Shown piece after piece: positions 20,201-27,100 of a stretch of DNA of 38,944 nucleotides. The DNA comes from Tolypothrix carrinoi HA7290-LM1 (GTDB lineage: Bacteria; Cyanobacteriota; Cyanobacteriia; Cyanobacteriales; Nostocaceae). The stretch lies in NCBI GenBank assembly GCA_019358935.1, contig JAHHIK010000081.1, positions 1-38,944 on the forward strand, read 5' to 3'. The notes below the pieces were generated by a model that saw nothing but the letters and a program-made list of their open reading frames with translations, did no database searches and was not told the origin of the DNA. Each line of letters starts with the position of its first letter. Positions within the stretch are counted from its first letter, which is position 1. A program made the translations under genes and the position numbers.

Positions 20201-21242
20201 TTTTTAACTGACCTTGACGAGCAACAACTAACCCTGATAGCCTTAAAGTCATGTGTTCGGGGGTATTATCTGCTACGATCGCTCCTTGCTGTAAAATTTG
20301 TTGATATAATCCCAACAGACGACTGGCTTTTAGTTGATCGCTGAGGATACGATCGCGAATCGTTCGCAAATGTTCTTGAAGCTCTTGTGATTCCCAACTT
20401 TGCAGAATATGCGATCGCACTAACTCTTCAATGACTGCCGCTTCTTTCCCTGCATTAATAAAAGATGAAGATTCAACTACTATTTGACATAGTTTTTGGG
20501 TCAGATATGGTTGCCCACCTGTCCAGTCTAAAATTGCTTGCAGAAGCGATAAAGGCTGCTCAACTTTTCCTTCTAATCCCTTAGCTAGTGGCTGGACTTC
20601 TTCTAACTTGAAGCCATACAAATCAATCGCTCTACCAATATTAAATGGGGTGCGTTGTTTATCCTCAATTAAATCCGAAGGGGTGGCTACTCCAATCAGC
20701 GCAAAAGATAGGCGTTTCAAAGCTGGATTGTCAGGACGTTGATTATAAAAAGCGCGAATCAAAGCAAAAAAATCATCCTTAAAGTCAAATTTGAAAATAC
20801 TGTCAACTTCATCGATAAAGATGACAATCTGCTGCGGAATTTCCACTAACAGCACTTCTTCGATAAACTCTGCGAAACGTTCAATTAGGGATAATTCCTC
20901 GCGTTCGTACCACCACTCTTTAACTTTAATTTTGATTCCCAGACTTTTTACCAACCTAGTGACAAAGCTGATATACCATTCGCCTGGGGTAATATTGTGA
21001 GTGCCAATAGCGCTAATATCAATCACACCACAGGCAATATTTTCTTTTTGCAGTCGAGCCATTGCTTGTACACGCAGGCTAGATTTGCCCATCTGTCGGG
21101 AATTTAACACATAACAGAATTCATTTTCTTTAAGAGCGTCATAGAATTGCTCATCGCACGATCGCACCACATAGCTGGGAGCATCTTTTTCCAAGCTTCC
21201 ACCGACTTTATATTTATATGTAAAGTTAGGTGCGCTACTCAT
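17298..21242 (-). CDS. AAA_35-type STAND ATPase - TM - coiled coil - WD40 repeat protein
   Basis: VGGSL..YVVR, NSRQMGKSSL (Walker A), IVIFIDEVD (Walker B), WTGGQPYLTQ, hydrophobic helix IIVIVTSFLVGVAILTAGASF, A/K/E/Q coiled coil, about 13-14 GH..FSPDG..W repeats. ATG 21242 preferred. Confidence 0.93.
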   Translation of the reverse strand: MSSAPNFTYKYKVGGSLEKDAPSYVVRSCDEQFYDALKENEFCYVLNSRQMGKSSLRVQAMARLQKENIACGVIDISAIGTHNITPGEWYISFVTRLVKSLGIKIKVKEWWYEREELSLIERFAEFIEEVLLVEIPQQIVIFIDEVDSIFKFDFKDDFFALIRAFYNQRPDNPALKRLSFALIGVATPSDLIEDKQRTPFNIGRAIDLYGFKLEEVQPLAKGLEGKVEQPLSLLQAILDWTGGQPYLTQKLCQIVVESSSFINAGKEAAVIEELVRSHILQSWESQELQEHLRTIRDRILSDQLKASRLLGLYQQILQQGAIVADNTPEHMTLRLSGLVVARQGQLKTYNRIYESVFNLSWVDVKLTQLRPDFYVQALAAWVADHNRDESQLLRGEKLQQALKWSAGKSLSDRDYQFLAACQELENREFEEDLAQAQQQIALYREQEKQVNQRLIEAEKEVETRIKRGRIIVIVTSFLVGVAILTAGASFMNASKAFMNAKAQELLATDAKLEAKEITEKANKEQDKAKREAEKAKQEADRAKQDNDRSKLGAVQAQFAAENAKQEAEIAHEETQQAKLRLKSVQGESDQIVDEAKQKVKEAKAKEEQAIERQKQAENQAKIAQTDIKKASRELQIKKIEKAANEAIQQFESDDQMSALLLAMQSGQELKTLLSEKDVKEYPGSVLLALWTIIQKIHEQNQFSGHQGRVNNVSFSPDGKYLATTGVDGIIRIWNLSGKLQTQLQAPGDSITWFNNDSKYLFTAGKDDKLRLWDWSQQKIVTQSPAYGSPIISFSFSKNQKPLIATVGGTNNNQVKIWDWSGKQLATLNSQGQVWSVNFSPDEQHLVTTGEDKILLWNLSTQQSLSLVDRSAGASAFSPDGKYIAASDGNGVARIWDISGKMLKQFDSGEEWVKSISFSRDGKHLMMAGGDTVRLWDNLLNEPTILNKFKLLVGGVARASLSPDDNYIATSAFDGRARLLNLSNKQTVLSRTLFRSEWEGIRDVAFSPDKKVMATAGQDNTVRLYEYPSNKQLAVLNGHRWHVEKLTFSPNGQLLASASRDATVRIWNLASRQTVAILKGYDNAGGDVSFSRDNQFIATANDDGARIYQFSGNSWKEIRLLKGHYGGVLRVSFSLVEPIVATAGFDGTVRLWNLAGKQLALMKGHAGPIYRVKFSPDGKTIATAGHDRTVRLWNLSGQQLAVMRSYQSKVYGISFSPNGKHLVSAGTDYVVRFWDLSGQPLMQFPTNHDATIWSVNFIPDGHGVVTSGQDGTVQLSSFDELQDLDKLITRGCTWLKDYLANHPEEQKKLTVCKNQ

Positions 21243-21244
21243 AA

Positions 21245-23380
21245 CTAATTTTTTAGATGAATGCGGAAATAATCGCGATACATATCGCAACGTGGTATAG
21301 CTTCATTACCTTGCAGTTTGATCAGCCCCATACTATCCAGTTTAAATGTAGCTTCGTTGCCCAATTCTAAAGGTTTACCTTTGAACGCAATCTGACGTAA
21401 AGCTTCAGCTAAAGCTGGATACTGTTGAAGATTCAATAAGTGTCGTCGGAGATGATCGCTATAAATTCCAGCTTCGGTAGGGGCAGTTTGTAGCAATTGC
21501 TCCCAGGTTAGATCCTGCTTGCGTAGGTGATAGAATGCTTTACGTATTAAGTAAGGATGTCCGCCAAGAACTGCAAGCAGTTGTTGCAGTTGAAGTTCTG
21601 ATAATAGTAATCCATATCTTTGTGCTAAATCCTGGACTTGAGCAGGGATAAATTCTGGTAACTCAACGTTTTTCCCTACATTAAACGGTGATTGATTGAT
21701 GTTTAAAGGTATGTAAACTTCAGTGGAGTGGACAACTACTAAGCGCAGTTTTTCCCACAATTCGCTGCTAAAATCGCCGTAGCGGGCAGACTCGTACCAA
21801 GAACGCACTAAACCAAAAAAGTCATCAGCAATTTCACGATGGGGAAATACGCGATCAACTTCATCCAATCCTAAAACTAAAGGAGTATCGATTTCTGTTA
21901 ATAAACATTCTTCAAAATAGTAAGTACATCTGTCGTTACCGTCATGGTCTTGCCAATAATCTTCTAAGCGATGCAGTCGTTCTAATCTGCGACCTACTTG
22001 TTGACAAAGCCAGCGCAATAAGTAATCAAGATTGGTAAACAGGCGGTTATCAGCACGTTGCAAACTAATCGGTATAGTTTGATAGCCTTGTTCGCTGGCA
22101 TAATTCAGAATTCTTGCCATTAGAGAAGTTTTTCCCATCTGTCGGGGAGCTTTAATCCGGATTAAGGCTCCTGGTTGGATAATTTCGGCAAAACAGTCGG
22201 TTTCGATTGGGAAACGCTCCACATACAAACCAGAACGCAGTGGTACTGTTCCTCCTGGTTCTCTATTTAACTCTGGTTCTGCTACAGGTAGAGGTGGGCG
22301 ATCGGGGTTATCTTGAGGACAGATACATATGGTGTTTACTGCTAACTCAGCGTTTTCTAGTTTGGGCGGTGTTGTACCTGATGCCACAATGCGGAGAATT
22401 TCCTCTATAATTACAGGGGTATCTTCAGAAGAATGCCACTCCCGTTGCTGAATTTGATTGAGATAACCCCGCAGTTCGTAGTTAAGGGGCAAATCTAGGG
22501 AAAAGTTGACGCGAATGGGGAGAATAATCGGCTTTTGTTCTGGGTGGGTATCTCGCAATTCTCTGGCACGCTTTACCTCTTCAATTACCATTTCACTGAC
22601 GACAGATTGAGGTGATAAAAGTAGCAAAAAGTAATCACAGCGTCGTAATTCTGCATCAATGCGCTGCACCCAGTTTTCACCTAAGCGAATACTCTCAGCT
22701 GCCATAAAAGCTTGATGTCCAGCACTGGTTAAAGCTTCATAGAATTGTTGAGCAAGATTGCGATCTGGTTCTTGAGTCCGATAGCTGATAAATACGCTTT
22801 TCGGCGTTTTTTTGTCGGCAATTAAGCGCTGATTGATTTTTAAGACTGGTATTTCTGATTCTGGGATACCTTCTAACTCAATAGCATTACAGCCAAATTC
22901 ATAGGCATCTTCAATGGATCTTCCCGCTCCCAACCCATCATAAAAACCAATGGCAAATTCTCGTGCAGCTTTATCTCCAATCGCCTGACTCATGCCAATG
23001 ACATAATCGATGTGTTGGTGAATTGCCTCTGCCTGCACCTTGGAATAGCAGGCATTTAGCAAAACACACTCAATACCCTTAAATAACTTAAATAATCTGG
23101 ACAATGATTCCGCACTGATTAATTTAGCTTGTCCTGTGTCATTTTCTAATGCCAAGCCTTGATTGCCAGATCCGTGCCCAGAAAAATGGACAATCTGAGG
23201 ATCGCAATCCAAGAGAGTACGACGCAGATCGTCAGGACGGACTGCCCATCTGGTAATTATTTCAAACTGTTCGCGCTTTTTGGCTCGTTCCAATCCTGCT
23301 TGGATTTCCCGAAGCTCTTCATCTAAGCGTAGCCTATCCGTATTTTTCGGATTGGCTGTCAAAATTAGAATTTTTTTCAC
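21245..23380 (-). CDS. CHAT protease - TIR - AAA_35-type STAND ATPase fusion
   Basis: CHAT: ILILTANP, IVHFSGHG, LLNACYS. TIR: VFISYR, YFLLLLSPQSVVSEMVIEEV. ATPase: KAPRQMGKTSL, LVLGLDEVD, QSPFNVG, GGHPYL. GTG start. Confidence 0.93.
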   Translation of the reverse strand: MKKILILTANPKNTDRLRLDEELREIQAGLERAKKREQFEIITRWAVRPDDLRRTLLDCDPQIVHFSGHGSGNQGLALENDTGQAKLISAESLSRLFKLFKGIECVLLNACYSKVQAEAIHQHIDYVIGMSQAIGDKAAREFAIGFYDGLGAGRSIEDAYEFGCNAIELEGIPESEIPVLKINQRLIADKKTPKSVFISYRTQEPDRNLAQQFYEALTSAGHQAFMAAESIRLGENWVQRIDAELRRCDYFLLLLSPQSVVSEMVIEEVKRARELRDTHPEQKPIILPIRVNFSLDLPLNYELRGYLNQIQQREWHSSEDTPVIIEEILRIVASGTTPPKLENAELAVNTICICPQDNPDRPPLPVAEPELNREPGGTVPLRSGLYVERFPIETDCFAEIIQPGALIRIKAPRQMGKTSLMARILNYASEQGYQTIPISLQRADNRLFTNLDYLLRWLCQQVGRRLERLHRLEDYWQDHDGNDRCTYYFEECLLTEIDTPLVLGLDEVDRVFPHREIADDFFGLVRSWYESARYGDFSSELWEKLRLVVVHSTEVYIPLNINQSPFNVGKNVELPEFIPAQVQDLAQRYGLLLSELQLQQLLAVLGGHPYLIRKAFYHLRKQDLTWEQLLQTAPTEAGIYSDHLRRHLLNLQQYPALAEALRQIAFKGKPLELGNEATFKLDSMGLIKLQGNEAIPRCDMYRDYFRIHLKN

Positions 23381-23636
23381 TGTGTCGCTGCTGTGGAAAT
23401 TGATTTTGTATTATGGATTAGGCGTAATGTTTTTCTAATAGTGGCAGCATATCAGCCATTGTCACATTCTCCTCAACCGCCTTGAGGATAAGCTTTTTAC
23501 TTTATTTTCTCTGTTTTTAGCTTGCATCTTTGACAAGTTGCTCTTTTTTTTAACTTGTCATTAATGGGGATATACTTTACCTTTCATGCTTTATACTTCA
23601 TCCTTTAAGTGACCTCCTAAACAGATATACGGTGGC

Positions 23637-23978
23637 ATGAACAACGGCATTAATGTTGAACAAGAGAAGTTGTCTTTTAAATTGCAAGCGATCGCAACTG
23701 CGGTACATGATGCATCGGAAATTTGTCAAGGGGATACTATTGCGCTTTTGGCGTTGCTACGGCAGTTAGAACAGTTACACCGAGAGATCCGAGATGGGGT
23801 ATTTCAAGAAAGTTTGCCTGATAACCGTCAAGCACTGTACGCACTCCTGAAAGACATTGAGTCTGAGGGGGGCTGGCCCTATATTGAGCGCATGAGGCTA
23901 CAAGCCTATATAGCAAATATGCAGCAAGAAGAGCGGCAAGAAAACGAGGAACTGAAACAGAAGCGATCGCAACCTTGA
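23637..23978 (+). CDS. Conserved cyanobacterial helical hypothetical protein
   Basis: LLALLRQLEQLHREI..FQESLPDNRQALY.LL.DIE.EGGWPYIERM. Confidence 0.85.
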   Translation: MNNGINVEQEKLSFKLQAIATAVHDASEICQGDTIALLALLRQLEQLHREIRDGVFQESLPDNRQALYALLKDIESEGGWPYIERMRLQAYIANMQQEERQENEELKQKRSQP

Positions 23979-24166
23979 TTGGTAATGGGGCATGGGGCAT
24001 GGGGAATGGGTAATTGGGAATTGGTAATTGGGCATGGAAGGAATCCTATTAGAACGCGCATTACGTTCTTGAGTTTTTTTAATTCCCATTGCCCATTACC
24101 CATTACCCATTACCCATTACCCATTACCCATTGCCCATTGCCCATTGCCCAATGCCCTATGCCCAA
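23979..24166. repeat. Inverted arrays of heptamer tandem repeats (STRR type)
   Basis: Left arm (TGGGCAT/TGGGAAT/TGGTAAT)n about 23979-24037; right arm (CCCATTA/CCCATTG)n about 24085-24166; central AGAACG-N7-CGTTCT hairpin plus T-run. Confidence 0.9.
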
Positions 24167-27100
24167 TTAGCGCCTTTGAGTAATATCATCACACATATGG
24201 CGATCGCGCTCTTCAACATTGTGGTTGTGCTTGAGGTAATCACTCATCCAGCTACAACCACGAACTAGCAGGTCGTCTAAATCTAAATTCCACAAAATTA
24301 TCGTGTTGTCATCACTAGCCGATGCTAGTGTATTACCTTGTGGGCTAAAGCTGACACTTAATACTGCACCAGTATGTCCGTTGAGGGTTTTGATCAATTT
24401 GCCTTCATGACTCCAGAGTTTGACAGTGCTGTCCCAACTAGCAGAGGCTAGAAGTTCACCGTTGGGACTAAAAGTGACAGCGTTAACACTATCGCTGTAC
24501 CCCCTTAACAAGGTTTTCAACAACGTACCATCCCAGCGCCACAGCTTAACTGTGTTGTCCCAACTGGCAGAAGCTAGCAGGCGATCGGTAGGGCTAAAAC
24601 TCACGCCTAAAACCCAACTTTCATGGGGTAAAAAACTTTTTAACAAAGTACCATCCCGTCGCCAAAGTTTGACTGTTTGGTCATCGCTGGCAGAAGCTAT
24701 AACTCGACCATCGGGACTGAAATTAACGCTATTTACCCAACCCTGATGTCCTTTTAAGGTTTTTAGCAAACTCCCGTCACGATTCCAAAGTTTAATTGTC
24801 TTATCTTTAGAAGCTGATGCCAGTAACTGACCATCGGGACTGAAACTGACACTCATCACACTATTACTATGCCCTTGGAGAGTATGAAGTAAAGAGCCGT
24901 CGCGTCGCCAAAGTTTCACAGTTTTGTCATAACTTGCTGATGCTAGTACTTGACCTGTTGGGTCAAAAGTGACACTAGGAACTCTATCAGTATGTCCCAA
25001 GAGAGTTTTATAAAGTCGAGTGACAATGCCTTTATTAGTAATTTCTCGTTGCCAGAGTTTGACAGTGCGATCGCGACTGCCTGAAGCTAATATTTTGCCA
25101 TCCGCACTCCAAGCAACGCTCAAAACACGATCCTTATGTCCAGTAAGGATGGGCAGCCTGGGAGGATTTAAACTCCATAGTTTTACGCTTTTGTCGTAAC
25201 TTGCTGATGCCAAAATTTTGTTATCTGGGCTGAAAGCGACACCGGCGACAGCATCGCTATGTCCTTTCAAGGTTTTAAGTAACGTACCGCGAACACTCCA
25301 GACGTTGATGGTATTGTCATCACTTCCTGAGGCTAGCTGTTGACCATTGTCACTGAAACTGAGGCTCCAAACTGGACTTGTATGCTGCCGTAAAATTCTG
25401 TAAGGACGAAACTTGAGGACATCTTGAGTACTCTTGCCACGTCGCCAAAGCATCACTTTTTTGTCTCGACCTGCTGATGCTAACAGTTGACCGTCGGGGC
25501 TGAAATCGACAACAGTCACGCCCTTTTGATGTCCTAACAAAGTTGTAACTAAACTACCGTCTCGGCGCCAGATTTTTACTGTTTTGTCATCACTTGCCGA
25601 GGCGATGAACTTACCATCGGGACTGAAAGTTACCCAATTAACCCATCCTTTATGTCCCCTCAGTATTTTTACTAAAGTCCCGTCGCGCCGCCAAAGTTTG
25701 ATGGTTGCGTCTTTACTGCCAGTAGCTAACAACTCACCGTCAGGACTGAAATTAACGCTATAAACCCAATCACGGTGTCCTTTTAAGGTTTTGTATGGTT
25801 GGGGGTCAAATTCGCCATTGATGGGGTTTCTGTGCCAAATCAGCACTGTTTTGTCGAGACTGGAGGAAGCCAGAGTTTGACCATCGGGGCTGAAACTAAC
25901 GCTGCTAACAGCATCGCTATGACCTTTAAGGGTTTGGAGTAAGGTGCCGTCAGGACGCCACAGTTTCACTGTTTTGTCGCGGCTACCTGATGCCAGTAAC
26001 TGACCATCGGGGCTAAAACTTATACCCCAGACAATATCAGCATGTCCTTCCAAGCGGTTTAACTCAGTTACTCCATAAACTGCCTGCTGGAGTGCTGTCA
26101 CTACCCGCATCCGAGTATCTGGTTGGATTTTATCTGCAATTTTGAGTCGTTGCCAAGCCCGCAAACTTTCTAAGAGAGCATCAAACTCTTTATTTGAGGC
26201 AAATAGCGCTTCACTAGTAGCAGTGAGGGCACTAATTTTAAAGTTGCTTTCGCTGCGTTCGGCTCGTAAAGTTTGGAGAACTGCGGCTCTTTTTTGTGAG
26301 TCTGCTTGCCACCATAATGTTGCAATTGTGCCTAGCATGATGAAGAGCGATAAGCCTGCTATGCGTGCTTCTCGCAGTCGGCGATGCAAAACTAAATTTA
26401 ATTGCTCTTGAGAGAGTTTTTGAGCTACTTCTGCTCTAGTTTTTTCAAAGCGAACTTTTTCGAGTTCGGCGACCATTCCATAATCGTTTTTTTGGCGAAT
26501 TGGTTCAACTAAATAATCGTGAACTAGCTGGTAGCGATCGCCTGACTCTTCCCATATTCGCAATACTAAGCCTGAACCCACCAAAATGTCTAAAATCAAT
26601 TCCATCGAGACATTCATTGGCGTAATTTCTTCTTTTTTATTGTCTTTCTCTGACTCGACTTCTTCTATCTCTACAGGAAATTCCTCTTCACCGCCTTTTA
26701 GAGATAACTCGTTGTCTCCTATTACCACAGTCACCAAATCAGCTTTTGTTTTTAATGGTCTTGTGCCTTTTTCATCAGTTAACTCAAACAATAATTTCCA
26801 ACTAAGTTGTTCGTTTTCTTGACCGCAATCTTTAATTACTTCCTCAAGCCATCGCTGTACTAGTTTTTTCGACCCGCCACAAAGCTTGTATTGTTCAAGT
26901 GTGGTAATGTTTTCTGCTTGAAGTTGAGCGCCGACTATTTGTAATTCTATTGGATGTACTTCGTCCAGTTCTCCTGCTAAATCCTCGACTAGTTGGTGAA
27001 TTAATTCATCAGTTAGTTCATAATGCGAACGTTGAGTCAAACTGTGGATAATGCTGATTGCATCTTGGCTAGAGAAGTTTCCTAAGTAGTAACGAATATT

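Noticed and set aside
17180..23486. 9-bp direct repeat CGCCTTGAG flanking the CHAT-TIR/WD40 pair as a target-site duplication
   Set aside because: A 9-mer match between two several-hundred-bp spacers is easily due to chance; no transposase, integrase or terminal repeats.
23898..24170. Short ORFs across the heptamer repeats
   Set aside because: Translation artefacts of stop-poor tandem repeats.
24300..26060. ~123-bp periodic DNA repeats
   Set aside because: Fully explained by WD40 coding repeats; antisense ORFs here are shadows.
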